Part shown: positions 33,385-43,785 of the stretch, in pieces | Layout of the letters: the number at the start of each line of letters is the position of its first letter | How positions within the stretch are numbered: position 1 is the stretch's first letter | NCBI GenBank assembly: GCA_963733675.1 | Contig: CAVTET010000001.1 | Span: 928,001 to 992,000, forward strand | Length of the DNA stretch: 64,000 nucleotides | DNA from: an uncultured Methanosarcinaceae archaeon | GTDB taxonomy: Archaea > Halobacteriota > Methanosarcinia > Methanosarcinales > Methanosarcinaceae | Reading direction: 5' to 3' | Program-made: the position numbers and the translations under genes | Notes under the pieces: generated by a model | Told to the model about the DNA's origin: nothing | Database searches by the model: none | Seen by the model: the letters and a program-made list of their open reading frames with translations, nothing else

Positions 33385-34465
33385 ATTAATAAAAAAAGAC
33401 ATATTTGACATTGCAGAGTATGTTCCCGGAAAATCCATCGAAGAGATCGCTTCTGCCTACAGGCTCGATAAGGCTTCGATTATCAAGCTAGGCTCGAATG
33501 AAAATCCCCTCGGACCTTCTTCGAAAGCTGTTCAAGCTCTGATAGACGCAGCCCCTTATGCGAATATTTACCCATCGGCAGATGCTCTGGAATTTAGAGA
33601 AGCTCTATCAGAATATACAGGTTTTCCAGTTTCGAACATCGTAGCATCAGGGCCTGGAATGGATGGGCTACTTGATGGACTTTGTAGGCTCATGATCGAA
33701 AAAGGAGATGAGGTCATAATTCCTGTTCCTACCTTTGCCTATTATGAGCTGGCAGCTCGAGCATGTGGAGGGAAACCAATATTTGTCAGGCGAAACCAAA
33801 ACTTTTCTCTGGCTACTCGGAAAGTTCTGGAAGCCGAGTCTTCCAGGACAAAAATAATTTTCCTTTGTTCCCCTAACAATCCATCAGGTAACCTTCTTCC
33901 AGAATCTAGTCTCAGAAAGATACTCATAAATACTAGAGCCCTTGTGTTCGTTGACGAAGCTTATGTAGAGTTTGCAGACAGGAACCTTGTTGGTCTTGTA
34001 CAAGAGTATGATAATCTTGTTGTGGGTAGAACTTTTTCCAAGGTATTTGGTCTTGCAGGCCTGCGCCTTGGTTATGGAATTCTGCCTGAATGGTTGGCAA
34101 AAGAGTATATTAAAGCAGCAACTCCATTCTCAGTAAGCTTTCCGGCCTTAAAAGCAGGAATAGCTGCTCTTTTGGATGCCGAACACATAAGAAAGACCAT
34201 AGAAATTACAAGGGAGGGCAGAGAATATCTTAAAAAAAAAATTCCTTTCAAGGTTTATCCTTCTCAGGCAAATTTCGTACTTGTGGATGTTGCTCCTTTG
34301 AAAGCAAAAGCAGTCGCAGAAAACCTGATGAAAAAAGGGCTAATCGTGCGCCCCTGCGATTCTTTTCGAGATGCGGGAGAAACCTTTATCAGGATAACAG
34401 TCGGTACTCCTGAACAGAACAAAAAGGTTGTCAATTCTTTTAAAGCTGTGAAAAAGGAGGTTTAA
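33362..34465 (+). CDS. hisC: histidinol-phosphate aminotransferase
   Basis: [23 protein letters not shown] and [15 protein letters not shown] motifs; overlaps argD stop. Confidence 0.92.
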   Translation: MMYLSRPELIKKDIFDIAEYVPGKSIEEIASAYRLDKASIIKLGSNENPLGPSSKAVQALIDAAPYANIYPSADALEFREALSEYTGFPVSNIVASGPGMDGLLDGLCRLMIEKGDEVIIPVPTFAYYELAARACGGKPIFVRRNQNFSLATRKVLEAESSRTKIIFLCSPNNPSGNLLPESSLRKILINTRALVFVDEAYVEFADRNLVGLVQEYDNLVVGRTFSKVFGLAGLRLGYGILPEWLAKEYIKAATPFSVSFPALKAGIAALLDAEHIRKTIEITREGREYLKKKIPFKVYPSQANFVLVDVAPLKAKAVAENLMKKGLIVRPCDSFRDAGETFIRITVGTPEQNKKVVNSFKAVKKEV

Positions 34466-34516
34466 AAATTTTTACATTTTCAGTAACAAGTGTTTATTTC
34501 TTCTAAATTCTTGTTT

Positions 34517-34906
34517 TCAAACATTTAATTCCTCTATTTCTTCAATTTTCATCAGCGGATAATTGAGTTCTGTGTCAAATTCCATCCCAACTTTCGCCTT
34601 TACAGAGCCATATTTTACAGCGATTTTTACTCTAAGCATTGGACCCTGAAGTTCAGAGTAACCGAATTTGTTTCCCAGTTTGCTTTTCAGCATTTCTCTG
34701 TCGATATTTACAGAAATTTCATTTACATAAGGTTGGAGTGAAATGCATTTCTGAATAGCCTGTTCAAAACTAGAAACAGTGTCTAAATTTATAGGCGATC
34801 CTGTAAATTGATGGTAAAGAGCTCCAAGCTTTATTCCTGCTTCAAAGAGTGCATTGTCCCTATCAGTTATCTTTTCTCGAATCAAATAAATCTCTCCTGC
34901 TGACAT
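34517..34906 (-). CDS. mptD: archaeal dihydroneopterin aldolase (MptD family)
   Basis: FEAGIKLGALYHQFTG, GYSEL and LNYPLM motifs. Confidence 0.85.
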   Translation of the reverse strand: MSAGEIYLIREKITDRDNALFEAGIKLGALYHQFTGSPINLDTVSSFEQAIQKCISLQPYVNEISVNIDREMLKSKLGNKFGYSELQGPMLRVKIAVKYGSVKAKVGMEFDTELNYPLMKIEEIEELNV

Positions 34907-34937
34907 TTATGAGTAAACATGCCAAAATGAATCAGGT

Positions 34938-35684
34938 TTATTGCCTCTTCTCTTTTCCTCCAGCTTCCAGTTTTTTATCTTGATATTCTTTGTTATTCAA
35001 ATTATTAAGCAAAGGAATTTTGAAAAAGGGAGATAACAGATAAATTAGCATCAGGATAAAAGGTAAAATAGAAAAAATCCTCATATACTCCACCATATTA
35101 ATAAAATAGAGAAGCATGATTAGCCCGAAAATGGAAGCTATAAAAGTTAAGATCTTTGTATTTCTGATCTTCGGATAGCTCACGCTACTTACCATAAGAA
35201 GAGACAGAGCAAGGGTAAGAGCAAGAAGAAAATCTATTCTTACAAAGTATTTGTCCAGCAAAAGATAGGTCACCAGCATAACACAACATGCGGGAATAGG
35301 AAGCCCTTCAAATCCGTTTTTCTGGGAGGATACTGATGAATTGAAACGTGCGAGCCTTAGCACACCACACACAGTGTAAAAAACCGAAAGTACCGCAACA
35401 ATAGGATCTTCTCCTCCGAATCCTATGTATATAAGAAAAGCAGGGGCAACTCCAAATGAAACTGCATCAGCAAAAGAATCAAGATCTTTCCCAAGTTCTC
35501 CTCCTTCGAACCTTCTAGCAATGTAGCCATCCGCTCCATCTGCAACTACCGCAAGCAGGAGTAAGATCAAAGCAAGATCTAAAGAGCCATTATGGCTAAC
35601 TGAAATAGAGCTAATTCCGAAGATAAGGTTCAAAAGAGAGACAAAGTCCGGAAGTCTTAGCATTTTAAATATGTTCATATTCAA
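34938..35684 (-). CDS. pssA: archaetidylserine synthase
   Basis: DGADGYIAR..GKDLDSFADAVSFGVAP, LRLARFN and FEGLPIP motifs. Confidence 0.9.
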   Translation of the reverse strand: MNMNIFKMLRLPDFVSLLNLIFGISSISVSHNGSLDLALILLLLAVVADGADGYIARRFEGGELGKDLDSFADAVSFGVAPAFLIYIGFGGEDPIVAVLSVFYTVCGVLRLARFNSSVSSQKNGFEGLPIPACCVMLVTYLLLDKYFVRIDFLLALTLALSLLMVSSVSYPKIRNTKILTFIASIFGLIMLLYFINMVEYMRIFSILPFILMLIYLLSPFFKIPLLNNLNNKEYQDKKLEAGGKEKRQ

Positions 35685-36321
35685 AGTCCCTATTATATTT
35701 TATTTTTGCTATAATTGTCTTGCCTGCAAGTACTCTCTCACCTTTTCCTACTATGATTTCGAAATCTTCAGGAATTGTTACGTCGACCCTTGATCCAAAA
35801 CGAATCATTCCTATGCGTTGTCCCTGCTCGATGACATCGTTCACCCTTGAATACGAGACAATCCTGCGGGCAATTGCGCCGGCTATCTGTATTACGCTGA
35901 CATCTCCATATTTGCTATGGATGACAAACTCGTTTCTTTCGTTTCTTTCAGAGTCTTTATGGTAAGCAGGGAGATATCCACCTTTTTTATAGGTTATTTC
36001 CGTGATTTTTCCGGAAATTGGAGCTCTATTTACATGTACATTCTGGAAAAACATGAAAATACATATTTTTCGGTCTCTGATGTCTATAACAGTACCATCT
36101 GCTGGTGAGATCATATAAGTGTCCGAAACTTCCACTTTTCTTTCTGGATCTCTGAAAAAAAGAACCATAAAGAAAGTTACTGCTACTCCTATGTGAACAG
36201 CATGATTGATTGAAGAACTGTTCATCACCCTGGAGAGGATTGCAAAAAGTGAAGTTACAGATACAGCCGCAAAAATCCAGGGTTCTGAGCCCTTCGCAAT
36301 CATTACTTCAGTCCTCCCCAT
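35665..36321 (-). CDS. psd: archaetidylserine decarboxylase proenzyme
   Basis: FFRDPER, SPADG, VHVNRAP, NERN and FGSRVD self-cleavage motif. Confidence 0.92.
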   Translation of the reverse strand: MGRTEVMIAKGSEPWIFAAVSVTSLFAILSRVMNSSSINHAVHIGVAVTFFMVLFFRDPERKVEVSDTYMISPADGTVIDIRDRKICIFMFFQNVHVNRAPISGKITEITYKKGGYLPAYHKDSERNERNEFVIHSKYGDVSVIQIAGAIARRIVSYSRVNDVIEQGQRIGMIRFGSRVDVTIPEDFEIIVGKGERVLAGKTIIAKIKYNRDFEYEHI

Positions 36322-37177
36322 GTAGCTTCACTAGGGATCTCAATTCTTCGGAAAGGATGACCAAAAGGCCATCAATCATTTCCAGAAGTTCAGGCAGAAT
36401 TCGGAGCACTGCGTATGAAATTACGAAAAGAGCAATTACTGAACCCGCCTTCGCGATGTAATTATGTGCGATTATAAAGCTATTAGCACCAAACCATTGC
36501 TCCCCATAAGCCACTACTACAAAAATATCCCTTATAAGATTAAGCACATAAATCACAGGTATAGATACGGTAAAAGCTGTAACCAGGCGACTAAGGGGAG
36601 CTCTAACTGCACCTATAAGTCCCATAAAGAGAGCAATGCTCTCAATTGCTGTACAGGCAAGAATGATCTCTACTGTATGTCCATTAAGGGTTATCAGATT
36701 CCAGCCTTTCATGTGAGCAGGAATATCAAAATACTGGAGAATCCAGACTACTTGAGAGGTAACTCCTCCTATAATCCAGGTATTTAGGTCGGGCAAAATC
36801 ACAAATGGAAAGTAAACTAGAGCTCCGAGTGCACAGGCACTTGTAAGCATCGAAGTCACATTTTGGAAATCAACTCTCTCCATAGTTGAAAACTTCGAGT
36901 GCAGGATCTCTCCATTATTTAGTAGATGAAGGGGGCCTTTCCTGTACTCGTGAAACATAATAAATGCCATAAATATGCAAAATAAAGTAGCAACTATTGA
37001 CAGGAGCACATTGACATAGTCTAAGACCTTGAGGTAATGGAAAGGCTGATAACTCCAATAAATGGAAAATGTACACCATCCTATCCCTCCGACAAGTTTA
37101 CGAATCCTTAATGTTCTTGGGACGGCGGATGAAGTGACCATTAACCCTACTGCGAGCCAGAGTATATTCTCTATCAT
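36308..37177 (-). CDS. artA: archaeosortase A
   Basis: IILACTAIES (Cys), LNLIRD (Arg) and AHNYIAK; multi-TM; start moved to MIENILW. Confidence 0.88.
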   Translation of the reverse strand: MIENILWLAVGLMVTSSAVPRTLRIRKLVGGIGWCTFSIYWSYQPFHYLKVLDYVNVLLSIVATLFCIFMAFIMFHEYRKGPLHLLNNGEILHSKFSTMERVDFQNVTSMLTSACALGALVYFPFVILPDLNTWIIGGVTSQVVWILQYFDIPAHMKGWNLITLNGHTVEIILACTAIESIALFMGLIGAVRAPLSRLVTAFTVSIPVIYVLNLIRDIFVVVAYGEQWFGANSFIIAHNYIAKAGSVIALFVISYAVLRILPELLEMIDGLLVILSEELRSLVKLHGED

Positions 37178-37661
37178 TTTTATGCACCTTTTTGGCCAGG
37201 ATAAAGACAAATTATATCTTTTTTTCCCTTATTTTTGATTCCTGAGAAAAATCTCGGGCAATTGAAGTTTCTGGAAAGTAACATATGAAGTTCTCTAAAA
37301 TAATTAATAGATTTCCATCAGATACTTCTAATGGTTTGAAATATATATGCTTTTTATACTATTTGGTGGGTTTTGATTCATTAAAGTCAATTGCGAGTGG
37401 AATTAATGATAAATTTTTGAGGTCCTAGGATATATCCCCAATTTTCAATATATTAATGTACATAATATTAAAGTGATTCAAAGATTTTGGATTTTACTTA
37501 TTTACATAATGGAATTTTCCCCCCATAAATACAAAGGATCAAATGAACATTATAGATAAGATAACAAATTTCTATTATACAAAAATAGCGTTACAAAAGT
37601 ATGCTTATTTATATAAAACTGGCGGGATGAACTAAATTATGGAAATAGAGCAAAAGAAATT

Positions 37662-39165
37662 GTAACTATTCAGAGATCTTTTATCTTTGCTACCTTGAGC
37701 ACTGGTGAAATTAATCTCTATAACCGGCAAACTATTTTTTCGGATGTGGTAAATTTAGGTTCTACTTTTGCAGCAAGCTGCAGTTCATTGTATGATTCTA
37801 AAAGTTCCTGACATTTTTGCTGTAATTTCATTATTTTGATGCACCTTTATGTCTGATTATTTTCAGAACTATCAGTTCCTTAAGAACTCTCATGATCTTT
37901 TTTTGTATCTTACAAATTTATCAAGTATATTTTATGTATTTATTTGTGGAATTGAACATCATTTTCTTTGTTTTTGAAAGTTTGAAGAAGGTGGATTTAC
38001 TTCACTTCCTTTAATGACTGCTTAATCGAACCTTTCTTTCAACGCTTTAATCTGCTCTAAATTCAACTCTTGAATTTGCTCTTTGCATTAATCAGTGTAT
38101 TTTTTTATTTCTGTTAAAAGCTTATTCATATCTTCAGCTCATTGGTGTTTATAATTTTCTTCAATTTCATTAAGTTATTTAGGGAGATGAGCATTGCAAA
38201 GAGAGTGAGTACATTCATAACTGTTTTCGGATTTCCGTTTATCATGAACTGCTATTCCTTTGACCTTCAAAAGAATTCACATACTTTTATTATTTGAGAT
38301 TCTCTTTTTGGATGAAAAAGATACCATATGTATTTGTCATTGGAAGTAAATGGCGAATGTCATATTTCTTGATTTTCATCCTTGTTTCATCACAATGGAT
38401 GATAGTGGGAGTTATTAACTTATCCCTAATCAAGTTTTCAAATTTATCCAAATTCCGGAAACATTCTCTTTCCGTTTAATTATGATAGCAGAACGGATTT
38501 TCATCCTATAACACCAGTAAAAAACTCCAAAATACTTTCATAGGGGATAGCTGGTAGTTTTTGCAGTAGACTGCTGAAATTAATATTCGGCCCATGCTGG
38601 TATAGATATTTCACTGATCTAGGAAAAACAGTTTAATTTAATCTTCTAGGATCAGGAAAGTTTTTTTCTGACTTCGATGTTCTGTAACAATATTTACATG
38701 CATAATATCAAAACGTTATACTTTCTACTAAGCTTCAACCTCAACATCCTAAAGAGAGTGTTCGGATTCTTTAAAGTAGTTCGAAGAATATTCTATTCGC
38801 CAATCAAAACCATTAACCATATCATGAATTGTTAGTAGAGGATCACTTTGACATCCTAGTCTCTTATAACCTTTTTTGTGGAGATTCTTGGAATTGGGTT
38901 TCTCTTTGACAAAAAATTAGTAAAAGGATGTTTGATAATGTTACGACTGTTTTGATTTAAGTAAAATTTCAATAAGATTAATCTTCAAGTGAGTTTTTTG
39001 ATTTGGGATTCAAGTCTCTTGATACAAGCAATAACTTTGGGGTTTGAAACATACAGATTAATACATTTATGTTTCATAGCAATAAAATAATTCATTTTAC
39101 ATTCAATTATCCTTCGTTTCGATGAAAAATTGTGGAGTTACTTCCCAGGCTAACTAAATAGTTAC
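37662..39165 (-). mobile_element. IS66-family (single-ORF type) fossil
   Basis: TIRs GTAACTATTCAG / CTAAATAGTTAC; minus-strand relics IHCDET and HSLCNAHL; 8-bp flanks AAGAAATT / AAAAAGTT match 6/8. Confidence 0.75.
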
Positions 39166-39598
39166 AAAAAGTTTTTAATTTTAATGAGCGAGAATCATTT
39201 AAGGGAGTCCACTACATAAGGAACTATTCTGCTTGATAGGAATTATATTCAGAGCGTTATAGATTGATACAATTGTCCCTACAGAGTTGGATATAAATAC
39301 AATGAAAGGCACTTTTGAGAACATGCTTAAAAAGATTTATAAGGATAATTGAAATAGGATGACGAGTTTCTACTTTATACACAATAATAATAAATTGAGA
39401 ATTTTTATGTACCTCGAATTTATTCATATGCTTATAGTGGTATATTATGCTTATAGTGGTATATAAATGACTCGTTAAAATCAGAGATTGATCTCAATCC
39501 TTAATTATTTAACCTGACGTTTTTGCCGGTAAAAGCTGATTCAGAAAGTAATATGTCTGCGAGAAGGATTCCAAAAAGGTGAATCACGAAGGCACTTT

Positions 39599-40033
39599 AT
39601 GTTACCTCAAACTCCTAGTTTAACCGTTGATGCCATAATTCTCTTAAAAAACAGGCTGGTCCTTGTGAAGAGGAAAAATCCTCCTTACAGGGGAAACTTT
39701 GCTCTTCCTGGGGGTTTCGTCTCAATAGGGGAAAGTACTGAAAAAGCAGTTATAAGAGAATCTTTTGAAGAAACATGCCTTCTTGTAGAAATTGTAAAAT
39801 TAGTTGGGGTCTATTCCGATCCTCAACGTGATCCTAGAGGTCATATAGTTTCAGTATGTTACCTTGCAAAGGGATCAGGAAGTCCAAAATCAGGTTCTGA
39901 CGTCTCTTCTGCCGAATTTTTCGAGCTTGAGTCGATTCCTGAACTGGCTTTTGACCACAATAAAATGATAAATGATGCAAAAAGTGATATCAATGCAGTT
40001 CTGTACCAAATGCAAAAGCATGATGTTTCCTAA
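39599..40033 (+). CDS. NUDIX hydrolase
   Basis: LPGGFVSIGESTEKAVIRESFEET Nudix box, RDPRGH and LAFDH. Confidence 0.9.
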   Translation: MLPQTPSLTVDAIILLKNRLVLVKRKNPPYRGNFALPGGFVSIGESTEKAVIRESFEETCLLVEIVKLVGVYSDPQRDPRGHIVSVCYLAKGSGSPKSGSDVSSAEFFELESIPELAFDHNKMINDAKSDINAVLYQMQKHDVS

Positions 40034-40307
40034 GGATGGTAATTACCTGTGTAGAAAATGCGGGAACACAATACCCATTAAGAATAATGCACAGAATTTT
40101 GTTTCAAAAGCCATGATTGAAGATCGTGAAGTAGTGGTTCTTGAAGGTGAACAGATTTCAGGTTTGCCAACAACAAGTGCAAAATGCCCAGAGTGTGGAA
40201 ATAACACTGCTTCTTGGTGGCTCAGGCAGCTTAGGTCTGCAGACGAGTCGGAAACCCGTTTCTTCAAGTGTACAAAATGCAAGTTCACATGGAGAGAATA
40301 CGACTGA
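39993..40307 (+). CDS. tfs: transcription factor S
   Basis: Two Zn ribbons and QLRSADESET acidic hairpin; start MQFCTKC. Confidence 0.93.
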   Translation: MQFCTKCKSMMFPKDGNYLCRKCGNTIPIKNNAQNFVSKAMIEDREVVVLEGEQISGLPTTSAKCPECGNNTASWWLRQLRSADESETRFFKCTKCKFTWREYD

Positions 40308-40610
40308 AAATCAGATGTTTTTCTACAAGGTCGTTATAGAGCATATTCTCAGAAAAGTGAATTCTCATATGTGCGAGAAGAGCTATTTTCTGGCTAAGGC
40401 AGATCCTGAAGACTTCTCGTATTCTGACCAAGATTTATATAGTTACCAAGAGTTTGGATTAATAATTTCCCAAATCCCAGATATCTACTATACTTTTTTT
40501 GGAAGTTTTCCCATCGGAAAGACCGAAAACTCCCAAATCTGTACAGAAATATATATATCGCAAGGGTAATAAAGAATTTGAGATTTAAATTTATTTAGCG
40601 GAGAAGAATT

Positions 40611-41348
40611 ATGTTCAAGGCAGCAATTAATGCAGAGCTTCTGAAAGACGCAATTGCCGCACTGGCTGTAATTGTAGATGAGGTTAGATTTAAGATAAAA
40701 CCGGAGGGAATTTCGGTAAAAGCTGTTGATCCTGCCAACGTTGCAATGGGGATTTTTGAGCTTGGATCATCAGCTTTTGACGAATATAGCGCTGATGAGT
40801 GTGAAATCGGAATTGACTTGAACAAGATTACGGATCTGCTAGGGATTACGGATAAGAGCGACACAATTCGGATGGAACTCGAAGAGGGAAATCATAAGCT
40901 CCTGATTAATGTTGGAGGGCTGTCTTATACCCTTTCTCTTCTCGATCCCTCTACAATTCGTGCAGAACCAAGAGTTCCTCAGCTCGAGTTGCCTGTAAAA
41001 GTTGTTCTGAACGGTGCAGATCTCAGGCGTGCGGTGAAAGCCGCAGAAAAAATAAGCGATCATATGCTCATGGGAGTTTCTGGTGATACTTTTTATATGG
41101 AAGCAAGAGGCGATACGGACCAAGTTCGCCTGGAGATGGGTAGAGACCAGTTAATTGACTTGAAGGCAGGTGAAGTCTGTTCTCTCTTTTCTTTGGACTA
41201 TTTGACAGATATAGTCAAACCTACAAACAAGGTCAATGAGGTTACCCTCTCTCTTGGAAAAGATTTTCCTGTCCTTATAGATTTTGAAATTGCAAATGGC
41301 GCAGGAAAAATTTCTTATTTCCTGGCTCCAAGAATAGAATCGGATTAA
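40611..41348 (+). CDS. pcn: DNA polymerase sliding clamp PCNA
   Basis: AVDPANVAM, FSLDYL and YFLAPRIE motifs. Confidence 0.96.
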   Translation: MFKAAINAELLKDAIAALAVIVDEVRFKIKPEGISVKAVDPANVAMGIFELGSSAFDEYSADECEIGIDLNKITDLLGITDKSDTIRMELEEGNHKLLINVGGLSYTLSLLDPSTIRAEPRVPQLELPVKVVLNGADLRRAVKAAEKISDHMLMGVSGDTFYMEARGDTDQVRLEMGRDQLIDLKAGEVCSLFSLDYLTDIVKPTNKVNEVTLSLGKDFPVLIDFEIANGAGKISYFLAPRIESD

Positions 41349-41352
41349 TAGT

Positions 41353-42399
41353 ATGCAGGCAGATAAATTTGCATATTATCCTTTTATTTCAGAAGCATCG
41401 ATCCATGTTGAAAATTTAGGTATTTCTTTGGATAGTCTGCTTAATTCCCGTGCTTTCCGGACCGCAAGGGTCCGGGGAATTGAAAGAGTAAAAGAGGCTC
41501 TGGAAGGGGAAATCAAGAAATTTTATTTATTTGGGGAAGCCCAGGCTCTCTCTGAGCTCCTTTCATATCCGTTTGCAAGGATGCTGGTTGCATGTGTGAA
41601 TGATCCACTTTTTACCCGTCGTTATTCTTTGGCAGAAGCTAAAGCTGCCTATAATATTCTCAAAAATGAAAATCCGATTTTTTTGCTTGAGTTCGGAGAA
41701 GATTTTAGAATTTCAGTAGAATTCAAAGATACTTATTTCATCATGCATTTTACGGATTATATTCACTTTTCAAACTCCCTTAAAGATCCTGCCTGGAAAC
41801 TTACAAACCGCAATTTCAGAGCTGGAAAAGTAAGTATTACCAAAGAAGAATTTGCTAGGCTCCTTGAAGAAGCAATCAGAGAGCGGATTGAACATTTCTT
41901 ACCTATTCCTGAGATCCCTGAAGAAGTTTCTAATTTCTGTGCCCCGTATGTTGCCGAGATAAAGGATCAGTTCGAGATTCAAAAGAAAAAATTTTGGGCT
42001 ACAGACTTTGGGATTGTTGAGCCAGAGTTTTTCCCCCCATGTATTTTCCATGCCATTGCAAACGTAAAGAGCGGGGTGAATCTTGCACATTCGATGCGCT
42101 TTGCCATGACATCTTTCCTGCTAAGCGTTGGAATGTCAGTAGATGAAATTCTTAATCTTTTCAACATCTCTCCTGATTTTGGCACGGAAAAAACCCTTTA
42201 CCAGATAGAGCACATTTCAGGCTCTACAGGTAATAAATATAAGCCACCTGCCTGTGATACCATGAGAACCTATGGCAATTGTATTGGGAAAGATAGATTA
42301 TGTAAAAAAATCAACCATCCTTTGAGTTATTACGAAAAGAGGATATATTTAAAAAATAAGGAAAAAGAAAATGGAAATGAAATAGAGCAAGGTAAGTGA
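41353..42399 (+). CDS. priL: DNA primase large subunit
   Basis: FPPCI, YQIEHI and YKPPACDTM..C..C..HPLSYY Fe-S region. Confidence 0.93.
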   Translation: MQADKFAYYPFISEASIHVENLGISLDSLLNSRAFRTARVRGIERVKEALEGEIKKFYLFGEAQALSELLSYPFARMLVACVNDPLFTRRYSLAEAKAAYNILKNENPIFLLEFGEDFRISVEFKDTYFIMHFTDYIHFSNSLKDPAWKLTNRNFRAGKVSITKEEFARLLEEAIRERIEHFLPIPEIPEEVSNFCAPYVAEIKDQFEIQKKKFWATDFGIVEPEFFPPCIFHAIANVKSGVNLAHSMRFAMTSFLLSVGMSVDEILNLFNISPDFGTEKTLYQIEHISGSTGNKYKPPACDTMRTYGNCIGKDRLCKKINHPLSYYEKRIYLKNKEKENGNEIEQGK

Positions 42400-42559
42400 C
42401 TTTCTGTTGCAAAATTAAACTCATTTTTGCAGGTGTAACAATTCATTTCACTTAAATGGAAACTGTTTAGATAATTTTTACCTTAATATCTTTGTTTCTT
42501 ATGTTTACTTCAGTTAAAATTTCTACAAAAATGAACATATGACATAAATAAAGCTCATG

Positions 42560-43370
42560 CTATTTTCTTCGTCTCAGATGTTACATTTAAGTGATGTATT
42601 GATATCTTTTTGCGGAAACTGTATAGTGATACAATCAGGAATCTCTTCCTGAAAGACAGTTGACCAAATATAGAAAAATCTTCTCCAAATGTTCGTAAAA
42701 AAATTATCAAATAAGATAAATTTTGGATAAAAATGAAATCAAGCGCTGTATTTAGACTTCAAACATGTCTAAATCTTATAAAATATCTTAACTACGAAAT
42801 CAAAAATCAAGAGAGGTGAATTTTCAATTATGCTTATTGAAAGCATAAAAGTTGGATGGAAATTTTAGTGCCTGTTCAGTATATTAGGAAAATTGTTGAA
42901 GCACTTCTAATTGCTGAAATAGGCAATTTCACTTTTTTTAGGATATAAGCTTGCTTCATGGTTCAGAATAGTTCCGAATGTATATCATTCTGCGTATAAA
43001 TTCTACAACTGGAGAATCACAACAAGAGTATCAAAGGTAACAACTTGGACTCTAAAGTAGATTGCTCAGGCAGCAACAAGAAAAAAGATAGCAATTAAAA
43101 GATTTTTTTAACTGGAATAAGAAATCAATTGAACCTTTAAAGTCAAGTATTGACCTGGCAAGTAAAATTGCTACAATAATATGGCATCTTGTTACAAATT
43201 ATAGATATACAAAGATAAAGCAGGTATAAAAAAGATGAAATTCAAGAAAGGAAAATTGTTGAGACTGAAACCTATTCTGTTGATAAATGTGTATAATTGG
43301 TTAAGTAATAACAACTGTGGGAAAAGAGGGAGGATAAAGTACATGAAGAAGATAGTCTCAGGTACTTCAT
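42560..43370 (+). mobile_element. IS110-family transposase fossil
   Basis: Relics LIAEIGNF, KLASW..IVPNVY.SA and IAQAATRKK; many stops and frameshifts; boundaries approximate. Confidence 0.7.
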
Positions 43371-43785
43371 GCTAAAATTGAAGGCTTTATGCTTATTGTA
43401 GTTTGAAAAATAGAAATAAGTATAATCAAATTTATCTTAAAATTATAAAAGTCCGGAAGAGCAAGTAAAACTTATCTTGAAGAGGTAATTATGATTTTTA
43501 ATGTAAAAATTCAGAGTCAGAGACTTTTTATTATCTTTCTGGGTTTTGATATATTGCAGTCTCAGGACGCAGTAAATAAGAATGAATTTTTGCGATCCTG
43601 AAGATGTTTAAAAGTCTCTGGGATTAAGTTAAAGATATAAAATGTTTTATTGTCAACTTTTTAGGAAAAATTGTAAACGAATAAAAATAATCATTTGGAA
43701 CTATCACAAATTGAAAATACTGTAAATAAGATAACTATAAATAGCAAAACAAATTTGAGATTACAGTATTATAAAATCAAACGAG

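Noticed and set aside
39427-39464. Perfect 19-bp tandem duplication TATGCTTATAGTGGTATAT upstream of NUDIX-tfs
   Set aside because: Only two units; most simply a slippage duplication with no further support.
42400-43400. Bridge RNA associated with the IS110 fossil
   Set aside because: The element is too degraded; its ends and non-coding RNA region cannot be delimited by eye.
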